A stretch of 64,000 bases of DNA, taken from positions 1,728,001-1,792,000 of the forward strand of contig OZ240245.1 of the NCBI GenBank assembly GCA_965198175.1. The letters are read 5' to 3'. A program made the translations under genes and the position numbers. The stretch comes from Candidatus Poribacteria bacterium (GTDB taxonomy: Bacteria > Poribacteria > WGA-4E > PCPOR2b). Below are positions 19,801 to 29,046 of this stretch, one piece after another. The notes beneath the pieces were generated by a model. It made no database searches, had not been told where the DNA came from, and saw only the letters and a list, made by a program, of their open reading frames with translations. Within the stretch, counting starts at the first letter, position 1. Every line of letters begins with the position of its first letter.

Positions 19801-21102
19801 CATGAGAGCTACCTTATTCGCAAGGAGGCAGTTGCTGCGCTTGGAAAGCTCAAAGATCGAAAAGCTGTTGCAGACTTAATCAAGGTGCTTGAAGATACGT
19901 ATGAGTCTAAGTCAATTCGAGCGTCGGCTGCCACGTCATTGGGGATGTTGCTTGACGAGCATGCATCCGCCCCACTCCTTGCTGCGTTAGATGACGAGCA
20001 TGCTGAAGTTCGATTGCAGGCTGCGACAGCATTGGGCGTTATCAAAGGCGCCAACGCTGTCAATAAACTAGTTGAAATTCTCCAAACCCCTTTGGAAGAT
20101 TCATCAGTGCGGGCGGCTTGTGTAACAGCGCTTGGATTGATTGGCGACAACAGCTCGGAAGCTGTAATCCTTCGCATTTTCAGGGCAGAAACTGGAACTG
20201 CCTACAGCAGCGCAATCACGACACTAGGAAAACTTAAGAGTAGCGGAGCCGTGATAGAATTGATAGCGATTCTCGAAGATCGAAGCATGGAATCAGACAC
20301 CCGTATAAAAGCCGCCGATGCGCTCGCGGCAATTGGCGATAGCCGTGCTGCTGAATCAATAAGCAGACGGCTCGTTGACGACACAGAATATGGAGTGACA
20401 ATAACACCGGATACATTTTCCCACAACCCGGTGTTTGAGGCATTCGTCAAAGCTTCCAAATCGTTTCAACTGCCGGCGTTCGTTGCACACAAGATGATTG
20501 AGCGAATCGAGAGGAGTAAACCTGAAAGTTGGCCTATTAAGACTGCAGCCGCTAATGCACTTGGAAGGTCCAAAACTCCAGAAGCCATCTTGAGGCTCAG
20601 AGAACTGCTGACTGACCGGAGAAAAGAAGTCCGTCAGTCCACAGCGCTTGGCATTGGTGAAGGCAAGCTTCAAGAACTTCAAGATGAAATTGTGAAAATA
20701 ATGAAAGGTGAAACAGAAGCGGATAAAGATGTGCGACGCGGGGCGACGCAAGGTGTGGGTGAATTTGCAGACCCATCGACTGTGCCAGATCTCATCGAAG
20801 TATTCAACACTGAGACTAATAATGAGGAGATTCGTCGCGATGCTGCAATTGCGCTTGGAAAAATAGGGACTGACGCCGCTGTATCCGCATTGATTGAGAA
20901 AATACAAGCCCTTCCGGCTAGTCAGACGACTAAAAATCTGAGGCTAGACATCATCAAGGGACTTTCCGCATCCAAGCATCGAAGCGCTATACCTGTACTC
21001 GAAACGGTTTTGGACGATGAAGATCCTGAGATTCATTTCTGGACAGCAGACGCCCTATTCCAAATTACCGGTAAAGGGTATCGGTATCACCGCGCGGGCT
21101 AG
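16810..21102 (+). CDS. Very large HEAT/PBS-lyase repeat lipoprotein with two inserted non-HEAT domains
   Basis: Lipobox LLAGC; many VR..AA.ALG.I repeats; inserts at about 18073-18291 and 18988-19215. Confidence 0.88.
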   Translation: MKRRFLLSIRFVLVIGLLAGCGEKEDEDLLEARKAMDDANYTVAQTAIQAALSSKPDHLEALSLQELLQLRAASSAGWKTEAIDWHSAIEKILGHLQPLKNEIYVSESLEDPDSDELDQLEWLIRSRNSIVGALANSLAEAVEQNPKLLSALASQANSVVITMLLEAENCFHPKHRQASFTLIQQLSNKGLVYNLLVDEIQNPDAAIRKQAIKHLGNLKDPRLIRELEFVLKKKDESPDVLYEAIVALEGLKDQQMIIPALKLATKTNVAQVRMLAAKLLGLLNAKDPIADLVRLLADANEYVKNSAMTALIQIGPSSINPLIAVLDSGAENVIPEEDDDPNFRNEYQYIANVYIDTDRLKNRRISTQAAAIQTLGALRARKAVGRLVNLFEDDDLHGDAASALTAMKEVAVPHLIQALRYPSFSVSAVFQSDLNNGNISDNLQRALENHGISLSQNASIFIEEEGSKWLITDKAKHKKRTYTVRKEADNLKVSRDVVRIRTAEVMDKIGDLRTLNSLSQALKNDPRKEVKAAAAKSLGTMKTPGRNNIAVDALTQSLNLDDTTATNAAIALGHINIKNERAIRKLIAMAIDKRGRETIRRAALSALSQLKPIEAVQPMMRLMFSDETSEIIRKEAVTVLGEIKAQETVPALLWVLSTRYEDVKDFQRHMKRQHKTLAELGAAVDALGIQWTPEYPQPDYQKWGELKPIPGPVRSEAAITLGKIKGNLQFTSTELAMYVTDLNSGKIPENLRQAFKNNEIALSQNPTISVDRASEIWFVTDKENQQRYHFRKVGDNLNIYTQGDAVLDALFNALKDDERAAVRRSAALALGEINGESVISPLIDALKKDEQGIVRQEAAAAFSKIKGEKVVGPLLTSLKKDKFEKTRKQAAITLRELKQELADAGLVNVLKKGLGPFEEKHEVQSVMNEVIASLIKDGNESTVNFLLDALKSVDDDEEWIRWAAVHTIGEIRAKSDKVIMTAVLHQDITAAIRQELAHESYLIRKEAVAALGKLKDRKAVADLIKVLEDTYESKSIRASAATSLGMLLDEHASAPLLAALDDEHAEVRLQAATALGVIKGANAVNKLVEILQTPLEDSSVRAACVTALGLIGDNSSEAVILRIFRAETGTAYSSAITTLGKLKSSGAVIELIAILEDRSMESDTRIKAADALAAIGDSRAAESISRRLVDDTEYGVTITPDTFSHNPVFEAFVKASKSFQLPAFVAHKMIERIERSKPESWPIKTAAANALGRSKTPEAILRLRELLTDRRKEVRQSTALGIGEGKLQELQDEIVKIMKGETEADKDVRRGATQGVGEFADPSTVPDLIEVFNTETNNEEIRRDAAIALGKIGTDAAVSALIEKIQALPASQTTKNLRLDIIKGLSASKHRSAIPVLETVLDDEDPEIHFWTADALFQITGKGYRYHRAG

Positions 21103-21334
21103 ACTGTAAGTGCGGGTCGGTTGGAGCGGGAGAGCAATCGAAAGGGCAATTGCCGTAAATGCGCCGAAGCTGAAGGATTCAGAGCTTACGATATTGATAT
21201 GGCTGCTCTAAGGCAGGATAATCGCCGTGCACACTTCTAATCAAATCCTGGTGTAAGATTACAAGTCAACAGGGTGGATTATTACATGTTCTATACCCGA
21301 TTGCTCCGTTTTGGTACGCGTGAACGGTTACCTT

Positions 21335-21577
21335 TTAGTCTTCGCATTCGGTACGATTTGTATCTTCTACAACAGTGCCTTCCTTCAGGAAATCCAGAGC
21401 CTTGGTATAGCTTCGACGTTTCAGATAGTGAATCAGCATTGGCGGCGCCGTTGTTGCAATTTCTTGATGAATTTTCTCAATTTGGTTAAGTGCTTCGATG
21501 ATATTCTGCTTTTTTGCAATGCTGTCAAACATCGATTCCAGATTTTGTTTCAGGGTTATTGTTTGTTCTGCTGTCAT
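21335..21577 (-). CDS. Small hypothetical protein
   Basis: 80 aa, GGAGG RBS, helical character, motif HYLKRRSYTKAL. Confidence 0.7.
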   Translation of the reverse strand: MTAEQTITLKQNLESMFDSIAKKQNIIEALNQIEKIHQEIATTAPPMLIHYLKRRSYTKALDFLKEGTVVEDTNRTECED

Positions 21578-21740
21578 GAGATACCTCCATAAAACGTTGA
21601 ATCGAAACTCAAATCTATTACGATTTTAAATTATACCGCATCATTCACCTCCCGTCAAAAAAAATCTCTTCGACCACCCACTGCCATGAACACCTTCAGA
21701 TTTTCTTAGCAGGGCTGCATTGTTGACTAGGGAAAAACCT

Positions 21741-22376
21741 ATGAAAAGCATTGGTGTATTCCATGTCATCACCGATACAACCACCCAAACTCAGTTCACC
21801 CATTACCAGTTAGCAGAGATGGCAATCAAAGGCGGCGCCGATACCATTCAGTTTCGGCAGAAAACTGGGACGACCCGTCAGTTGGTTGAAACAGTGCAAG
21901 GACTTCAATCCATTTGTAGGCGGTGCGGGATTCCCCTAATCGTCAACGATCGAGCGGATATCGCGCTATCCGCTTGCACGGCAGGAGTACACTTTGGACA
22001 AGACGATCTACCAATTGCAATCGGACGTCGAATCTTCCCACAGAAGACCATCATCGGTGCCTCTGCGCGCACCCAAGAACAGCTACTGCAAGCCGTCGCA
22101 GATGGTGCTGACTACATTGGGTTCGGGCCCATTTACAGGACATTTTCGAAACCGGACGCCGAATCTCCAAGAGGTTTGGAGGCTCTTCGAAAGATGTCCG
22201 AAATTGCCAATTGCCCTGTCATTGCGATTGGCGGTATCACTGCTGATACTGCTTATGAAGTCATCCGTGCAGGAGCGCATGGAGTCGCTGTCATTTCAGC
22301 CGTGTGTGCACAACCGGATCCAGCTCTAGCAACACGTCAATTCCTTGCCGAGATTGAGCGTGCAAAACATGAGTGA
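21741..22376 (+). CDS. thiE: Thiamine phosphate synthase
   Basis: QFRQK, LIVNDRADIA, GVHFGQDD, ADYIGFGPIY.T.SK, AIGGI. Confidence 0.93.
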   Translation: MKSIGVFHVITDTTTQTQFTHYQLAEMAIKGGADTIQFRQKTGTTRQLVETVQGLQSICRRCGIPLIVNDRADIALSACTAGVHFGQDDLPIAIGRRIFPQKTIIGASARTQEQLLQAVADGADYIGFGPIYRTFSKPDAESPRGLEALRKMSEIANCPVIAIGGITADTAYEVIRAGAHGVAVISAVCAQPDPALATRQFLAEIERAKHE

Positions 22377-22533
22377 TACAGCATTGTAACGTTACCTGCC
22401 GGAAAAAAGAGATTTTGTTTCTCAACACAGAACAGAAATTCGTATTGGTTGTTCTGCTTTTTGCTGTCGCGCGTCGAAGAAAGTTCCATTTTCTTTTTCA
22501 CGAATTGATGGAAGGGGTGTATGAACTCACGAG

Positions 22534-23661
22534 ATGCAAATTAAGCCGCTAATTTCCCCAGATGAATTTGTAGGGCTAGAAGGTGTCACACATCTGTGCG
22601 TGGGCGGTGAGGCGCCTTGGCTGAAAGCTCAGGAATTGGTGTACGCAGACTTTGCGCGATTGAAAAGTGCTGGTTCTGACGGACGGGTAGAGATTTACGC
22701 GCGAGGCGAGCGATGCAGAGGACGGATGTCCCTACTTTGGAACGTTTCGCCGGATCGGATTGCATTCATGCCATCAGCGGCGGAGGGGATGAACTGGTTG
22801 GCGCGTGGTCTCGACTGGCAATCGGGCGATAACGTGGTGACAACGAACTTGGAGTTTCCATCGGTGGCCTACGCTTGGAGACGCCTCAAATCTCAGGGAG
22901 TAGAGGTTCGGTTTGTGCCTCACCGCAACTGGATTGTACACGAGGAAGATTTGCTGGAGGCGGTAGATGCCCGAACGCGGGTATTGGCAGTAAGTCATGT
23001 GAGTTTTTATACAGGACAATGTTTGAACCTTCAACAGCTTTCGGATGGAGTGCGGTGGAAGGGTGCGCTCTTTGCAGTGGATGCAACGCACTCATCAGGA
23101 GTCTTGAGCGTACCTGCGGAGTTAACAGATCTGACGGTTAGTAGCAGTTATAAGTGGATGCTCGCTACGCATGGGGTCGCACCATGCTATTTAAGCACTC
23201 GGGCGGAGGAACAGATTGACGCTTCTTGTTTTGGATGGCGTAACTTAGCGGTATGGCCAGCACAACAAGCTGAGCGACTACCGGAGACAGCGGAAAAACC
23301 CATGCCCTATCTTTTAGAGCCGGGAAATCCTGCGATGCTAGTGATGATGCATCTTGACGGGGCACTGGAGGTTTTGCTATCGATTGGCATAGAACGCATT
23401 GAGCATCACGCCCGCTCTCTGTCCGAACAGGTCAGTGCTGGACTGGAGCATCTGGGATTTACGGTTATCACCCCTCAGCACCGTGCCGCGCGATCGGGCA
23501 ATACCTGTTTTCGGATTGAGGATGCTGAAGGCATTCAGAATCAACTGGCTGAGCAGAGAGTGTTGTGCTGGGGTGAATTTGGCCGCGTGCGGATTTCGAC
23601 TCATGTCTACAATGGGAGTTCTGATGTTACATATTTTCTTAAAGTGCTGTCAGAATTGTAA
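22534..23661 (+). CDS. Class V PLP-dependent aminotransferase (cysteine desulfurase/kynureninase-like)
   Basis: EFPS, VDATHS, SSYKW (PLP lysine), RISTHVYN. Confidence 0.88.
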   Translation: MQIKPLISPDEFVGLEGVTHLCVGGEAPWLKAQELVYADFARLKSAGSDGRVEIYARGERCRGRMSLLWNVSPDRIAFMPSAAEGMNWLARGLDWQSGDNVVTTNLEFPSVAYAWRRLKSQGVEVRFVPHRNWIVHEEDLLEAVDARTRVLAVSHVSFYTGQCLNLQQLSDGVRWKGALFAVDATHSSGVLSVPAELTDLTVSSSYKWMLATHGVAPCYLSTRAEEQIDASCFGWRNLAVWPAQQAERLPETAEKPMPYLLEPGNPAMLVMMHLDGALEVLLSIGIERIEHHARSLSEQVSAGLEHLGFTVITPQHRAARSGNTCFRIEDAEGIQNQLAEQRVLCWGEFGRVRISTHVYNGSSDVTYFLKVLSEL

Positions 23662-23761
23662 CCAACTGAGGCGGGGGTTGCTAAATTCTGCTTTCACCCA
23701 AAGCATGCAAGCCACAGGATGTACAGATAACCCCAAGGAAAACACTTAACAGATTCCTCTG

Positions 23762-24925
23762 ATGAATAAAACCAAAGTGCACACGGTCGGCATAATCATG
23801 AACGGGGTAACCGGTCGGATGGGAACCAATCAGCATCTGCTTCGCTCAATCTTAGCTATCATTAAGCAAGGCGGACTGGAAATTGGCGATTCGGAAGTCA
23901 TTATGCCTGATCCGATACTGGTTGGTCGTAATCCTGCCAAACTAGAGGAACTATCTCAATTATCCGGCGTAGAAAAGTGGACGACAGATTTGGAGAACGC
24001 ACTGTCCGATTCGGCTTACCCCGTTTATTTTGATTCGCAGACTACTTCAATGCGGGTCGATTCGGTGCAAAAGGCGATTGCCGCCGGGAAACATGTCTAT
24101 TGCGAAAAACCAACGGCTACCACTACTCAGGAGGCTTATCATTTATATCAACTCGCGGCGAAAGGGAAGCTCAAAAACGGTGTTGTTCAGGACAAGCTCT
24201 GGTTACCCGGCATGGAAAAATTAGAACGCCTAATTGAAAAGGGAACTTTAGGCAGAATCCTGTCGGTTCGCGGAGAGTTCGGATATTGGGTTTTTGAAGG
24301 GGACACTATTCCCACACAGCGACCATCTTGGAACTATCGCAACGAGAACGGAGGTGGGATTATCCTAGATATGCTCTGTCACTGGCGTTATTTACTCGAC
24401 AACCTTTTTGGAAATGTAAAAGCAGTCTCCTGTTTCGGCGCAACACATGTTAAAACTCGCTGGGATGAATCGGGAAAGCCTTATCAATGTACCGCTGAGG
24501 ACGCCGCATATGCAACTTTTGATTTGGAAGGCGATATTGTGGCTCAATTCAATTCATCTTGGGCGGTACGGGTACGACGTGACGATTTGCTAACCCTTCA
24601 AGTTGACGGAACAAAAGGCTCTGCCATTACCGGATTGCGAGACTGCTGGATTCAACCGCTTGGGGGAACCCCGTATTCCATTTGGAATCCCGATATCGAA
24701 CAACCCATTGATTTTTGGGAAGGTTGGCTTAAAGTTACGGATCAGGAAAGTTACGACAATGCATTTAAGGTGCAGTGGGAACTTTTCCTCAAGTATGTTG
24801 TCAAAGATGAGCCATTTCCCTGGGATTTTTTGGAAGGTGCAAAGGGCGTGCAGTTGGCTGAAAAAGGGATGGAATCCTGGAAAACGCGCGCTTGGGTCGA
24901 TTTGCCTGAACTTAAGCCGATGTGA
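23762..24925 (+). CDS. Gfo/Idh/MocA family oxidoreductase
   Basis: NGVTGRMG, HVYCEKP, GGGIILDM..H. Confidence 0.92.
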   Translation: MNKTKVHTVGIIMNGVTGRMGTNQHLLRSILAIIKQGGLEIGDSEVIMPDPILVGRNPAKLEELSQLSGVEKWTTDLENALSDSAYPVYFDSQTTSMRVDSVQKAIAAGKHVYCEKPTATTTQEAYHLYQLAAKGKLKNGVVQDKLWLPGMEKLERLIEKGTLGRILSVRGEFGYWVFEGDTIPTQRPSWNYRNENGGGIILDMLCHWRYLLDNLFGNVKAVSCFGATHVKTRWDESGKPYQCTAEDAAYATFDLEGDIVAQFNSSWAVRVRRDDLLTLQVDGTKGSAITGLRDCWIQPLGGTPYSIWNPDIEQPIDFWEGWLKVTDQESYDNAFKVQWELFLKYVVKDEPFPWDFLEGAKGVQLAEKGMESWKTRAWVDLPELKPM

Positions 24926-25123
24926 TACCGAATTACGTTCTTGAGTTTCAAATAAATCTGCAGCATCAGTTGGAACATCAGCACACATCAACATGCGCCG
25001 TGGAAGCACCAAAAATCACGGCGATTGAATGATTAGTTACTATTACTTCGTGAGAAGCGTCATCTATGCCCTTGTGATGCGCATAGAATTGCAATCCACA
25101 CGCCTAGGAGGCGATAACAGAAC

Positions 25124-26572
25124 ATGGAAATACCACTGGCAAAAATTGACGAATATCGATGGCGCATTCCAAAAAGCTATATGCAGGGGATGCGTGTTGA
25201 TGGGATAGTCTATGCGAATGAGAAATTGCTCCAGCAAGCTAAGAGCGACGAAGCGTTACAACAGGTTGCCAACGTGGCGCATTTGCCGGGAATCGTCAAG
25301 TATTCACTTGCGATGCCAGATCTGCACTGGGGTTATGGCTTCGTGATTGGTGGCGTTGCGGCGACAGATCCGCACGCGGATGGCGTCGTCTCTCCGGGCG
25401 GAATTGGCTACGATCTAAACTGCGGTGTGCGTCTGGTACGTACTAACCTCGACATAAAACAGGTAGAAGGCAAAACCAAAAGTCTTGTGGGGAAGTTATT
25501 TGACAACATTCCTTGTGGCGTTGGATCGAGTGGTAGGATACGGCTCTCAGTTCAGGAAGAGAAGGAGATGCTTACGAAAGGATCGCGCTGGGCGATTGAG
25601 CGCGAATACGGACATATCGAAGATCTCCAATTTACAGAGGCAAACGGATTTCTGGAATTCGCCGACTCTGACGCACCTAGCAAACGCGCACTAGAGCGTG
25701 GGAAAAACCAACTCGGCACGCTCGGTTCCGGGAATCACTTCCTAGAAGTTCAAGTCGTCGATCGAGTTCTCTATCGTGAAGCTGCAGAGGTCATGGGGTT
25801 AACCGAAGGTCAAATTTGTGTGATGATTCACACGGGTTCACGTGGTTTCGGCTACCAGGTGTGTGACGAGCATGTCAAGACATGGATTGAGGTTGCCCGA
25901 AGGTATGGAATCAATCTCCCCGACCGCCAACTCGCAGCCGCGCCAATTAACTCAAGAGAAGGAGAAGACTATATCGCGGCAATGGCTTGTGGCGCAAACT
26001 ATGCCTGGAATAATCGTCAGTGCATCATGCACTGGGTACGTCAGGTATTCATGGCTTTCTTTGATGCTAGCGAAGATGAACTAGGACTGGAGTTAGTTTA
26101 CGATGTTGCTCATAACATTGGGAAATTTGAGAAACATCTTGTCGATGGTGTGGAACGTGAACTGTTCATACATCGCAAAGGTGCGACGCGAGCGTTTCCA
26201 GCCGGTCATCCTGAAATTCCTGAGAAGTACCAGAAAATCGGGCAGCCTGTCCTGATTCCCGGCGACATGGGAACCGCATCTTACGTCCTCGTTGGCAGCC
26301 CATCGGCGATGGAACAGACTTGGGGGACAACCTGCCACGGCGCAGGACGTATGCTATCCCGTCGTAAGGCGGTGGAGTTGACAAAAGGTCGTGCAATTGC
26401 TCAGTATCTTGAAAAACAGGGAATTTTTGTGCGGGCAAAAGGCCGGCGCACACTCCACGAGGAAGTTCCCGAAGCTTACAAAGATGTCGATGAGGTTGTC
26501 AAGGTTGTTGATGCGGCAGGTCTCTCACGGCGTGTCGCGCGCTTGCGTCCAATCGGTGTCGTAAAGGGCTAA
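25124..26572 (+). CDS. rtcB: RNA-splicing ligase RtcB
   Basis: MPDLHWGYGF, GYDLNCG, LGSGNHF, HTGSRG, HRKGAT, CHGAGR, EVPEAYK. Confidence 0.96.
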   Translation: MEIPLAKIDEYRWRIPKSYMQGMRVDGIVYANEKLLQQAKSDEALQQVANVAHLPGIVKYSLAMPDLHWGYGFVIGGVAATDPHADGVVSPGGIGYDLNCGVRLVRTNLDIKQVEGKTKSLVGKLFDNIPCGVGSSGRIRLSVQEEKEMLTKGSRWAIEREYGHIEDLQFTEANGFLEFADSDAPSKRALERGKNQLGTLGSGNHFLEVQVVDRVLYREAAEVMGLTEGQICVMIHTGSRGFGYQVCDEHVKTWIEVARRYGINLPDRQLAAAPINSREGEDYIAAMACGANYAWNNRQCIMHWVRQVFMAFFDASEDELGLELVYDVAHNIGKFEKHLVDGVERELFIHRKGATRAFPAGHPEIPEKYQKIGQPVLIPGDMGTASYVLVGSPSAMEQTWGTTCHGAGRMLSRRKAVELTKGRAIAQYLEKQGIFVRAKGRRTLHEEVPEAYKDVDEVVKVVDAAGLSRRVARLRPIGVVKG

Positions 26573-26578
26573 TAACCT

Positions 26579-27124
26579 TTAGTATTCGTCAAAATTCACA
26601 ACCTTCCAGTGACCATTGATTAATTCCGTATAAAGCACAGCATTGCGAGACGGAATCGAGCTCTCAGCATCCTTGATTATCAGTCGATACCTGAAAAATA
26701 CTCGCTTTTGTTCGACGACGCGGTCCACCTCTCCACCAGATATTGTCATTGTCTCGCCATCACGGGTTTTAATTGTGACTGTTGTCGGTACGATATCTTC
26801 ATTTCCTTCAACTACGCCGATGATTTCTGTCCCGTTCTTGAGCCGGACAACGCTTTCATCATAGATTTTTTTCCCGATCATTTTATACTTGATTTTCGGT
26901 TGGGCTTCCGGCGCTTCACCCGGTTGCCGAACATCTCGCAATAGCTCGATTTCCGATTTCAACTTCTCTTCAGCCAACGCTGCGCTCAAACGCAGGGCAG
27001 CTTTCTGGTTCGCTCGCAGATAGTAGTTATAGATGAAATCTTCAGCAACGTCTTCCGGCAAGTTTCTATCTGAACACGCAAACGTAAACAATATGAGGCT
27101 GGAGCTAATCCATAACCTTTTCAT
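26579..27124 (-). CDS. Hypothetical lipoprotein with internal Sm-like beta domain
   Basis: Lipobox TFAC; central VVRLKNGTEIIG...VTIKTRDG...I....V..V segment. Confidence 0.7.
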   Translation of the reverse strand: MKRLWISSSLILFTFACSDRNLPEDVAEDFIYNYYLRANQKAALRLSAALAEEKLKSEIELLRDVRQPGEAPEAQPKIKYKMIGKKIYDESVVRLKNGTEIIGVVEGNEDIVPTTVTIKTRDGETMTISGGEVDRVVEQKRVFFRYRLIIKDAESSIPSRNAVLYTELINGHWKVVNFDEY

Positions 27125-27359
27125 GCGATATTCCTAATACTTCGCGCCTGAGTTCCCCATATTTTCGGAAGACTCAAACCTGTGATGTGATTCATAAATG
27201 GGAGACAATCGGATTCATCATCCTTAACTTTGAGTTTGTCCTAGAATAGTGAATTAGTAGTAGTTTAATCAGATTTCTAGCCCCGATTCAAGGAGCGGGG
27301 AAAATTGCACGATACTCGCACAACGATGCTCATGCTCTTCTTGTAACGCCAAAAACCGT

Positions 27360-27731
27360 CTATTTCCACAGGGTTTGAGCTGAGGTGCTCGTATACTTGT
27401 TGTACCTGTCGATGTAGTCTTCCCGGGGCGGAGAGAAGATATCCAGAACGCGCGCTGGACCTTCTACTACAATCCCCGAATGCACCACGTCAGGGGGCAC
27501 AATGAAAGCATCCCCTATTTCCATGAGGTATTCCTCTGAACCAATCTTGAACTGCAACTTCCCCGATAATACTATACCGGCTTGCTCGTGTGGGTGGCTG
27601 TGTGCCGGAACTTCGCTCCCTTCCTCCATTTCAAGGAAAGAGAGCAGCAGATGTTCGCCGGAGACAATGCCACTGAGCGCGCCGGGAAATAATTGCATTC
27701 TGGGTAGTTTCTCAGAAGCGATAAACGGCAT
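27360..27731 (-). CDS. Cupin domain protein
   Basis: HSHPHEQ, PPDVVH, DIFSPPREDY; start at ATG 27731. Confidence 0.9.
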   Translation of the reverse strand: MPFIASEKLPRMQLFPGALSGIVSGEHLLLSFLEMEEGSEVPAHSHPHEQAGIVLSGKLQFKIGSEEYLMEIGDAFIVPPDVVHSGIVVEGPARVLDIFSPPREDYIDRYNKYTSTSAQTLWK

Positions 27732-27879
27732 GTTTTCCCTTTCTATGGATGTTACACGGACAAATCGAGTGTTGTATGTTGACCGGATAGACCGGCAGTC
27801 TATCTCAGACTCGATCATTTATTGACGACCGTAATCTGCTTTCGACCGCTGTCCAGAATCTCAACTTCGAACAAGGTGT

Positions 27880-28320
27880 CTAATTTACCGAGGGAACGGC
27901 AGCCGTGCCAGAAAGCGGCATTGCTCTCGGCAATGAGGAAGCATGATGATGCACCATCTTCCAGTCGCTCTCTTCACGTTTGAAAATGTTCGTTGCTTGA
28001 GCAAAGCCTATGCTCATCCGCCCACCGGCAAGAGTGCTAATTGTTTCTAGGCACGTCATCCATGCGAATTGTTGATCGACATAGATGGAAACTGCGCTCG
28101 GGTGAATATCCATTTGGCTTGTATTCCGGAAAATATCCCCCCAACTCTTACAGATTTTGACCCAACCGGTGAGCGGTTCCCAACCCGGGTGAATGCACTG
28201 CACCCAATCCACATGCAGCCAAACCCCGCCCATCATGTCGTTACTCAAATGGCACATTGCTCGATAAAAGTCTTCGTTTGCTTGTTCAACTCTTTGCTGC
28301 TCCATCATTGATTTGTTCAC
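27880..28320 (-). CDS. SnoaL-like / NTF2 family protein
   Basis: AN..FY.A, CIHPGW, ATNIF...WKMVHHHAS. Confidence 0.88.
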   Translation of the reverse strand: MNKSMMEQQRVEQANEDFYRAMCHLSNDMMGGVWLHVDWVQCIHPGWEPLTGWVKICKSWGDIFRNTSQMDIHPSAVSIYVDQQFAWMTCLETISTLAGGRMSIGFAQATNIFKREESDWKMVHHHASSLPRAMPLSGTAAVPSVN

Positions 28321-29020
28321 TTTCTTTTCCTGTGTTTTGTTCTGCTTTCTTCAACTTTTTCTTAAGTACCTGCCGATTGAATCCTCTCCGGCCTTTCCAA
28401 CCATCATAAATCGCATAGATCCAGAGGATAATTCCTTGAATAAAACCACTAATTTTGAACTTCCAAGATGGGCGATACATTAACTTCTTGACGGCATAAA
28501 TGTTTAATCGCCCATCTACCTTCCTGACAACGTATGCGCGATCGCCATGCGTGATTACCCATCGGCTGTTGGTCTTTTTTGTCAAGATTACAGCCTCCTT
28601 AGAGAGTAGGATGCCGTTATCCTTAAATGTCTGTCGCAATTTCTCTGAGAGATTTCTATTGTCTAAATCCTTTTGGAACTTCAATCCAATGTAAAACAGC
28701 AAATTGTCGTCAAATGTGTATAAATGGTAATCGCGCTCCTGTTTTTCTTTCGCCTCCGTTGCAACAAGTTGGGACTTTTCTGGATCTTCCTGTGTCTCTA
28801 TCTCGGCTTGCCGAGTTTCCCACCATGTTTCAAGCCCATCCAAGCGCATCAAGTCACGCCAATCATTTACTGGAAGCGAGCTGATGTAAATTACCGCGCA
28901 TGCAGAGAGAACTCCCAGAAATAGGATTGCACCTTTCAGCGGTTTACGCAGATAGAGTTGTCCCAGCCCTGGAATCATTGATAACAACATCGCGAGGTAC
29001 GATCGCTTCGCGGTATTCAT
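28286..29020 (-). CDS. Membrane protein with IPGLGQLY motif carrying an inserted ~70-aa domain
   Basis: LSMIPGLGQLY...KG hairpin, C-terminal WIYAIYD helix; insert at about 28490-28705. Confidence 0.8.
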   Translation of the reverse strand: MNTAKRSYLAMLLSMIPGLGQLYLRKPLKGAILFLGVLSACAVIYISSLPVNDWRDLMRLDGLETWWETRQAEIETQEDPEKSQLVATEAKEKQERDYHLYTFDDNLLFYIGLKFQKDLDNRNLSEKLRQTFKDNGILLSKEAVILTKKTNSRWVITHGDRAYVVRKVDGRLNIYAVKKLMYRPSWKFKISGFIQGIILWIYAIYDGWKGRRGFNRQVLKKKLKKAEQNTGKESEQINDGAAKS

Positions 29021-29046
29021 CCTTACTACTTCGACCTCCCCTTGTA

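Noticed and set aside
21580..21740. TPP riboswitch before thiE
   Set aside because: No CTGAGA or ACCTGAT core motifs
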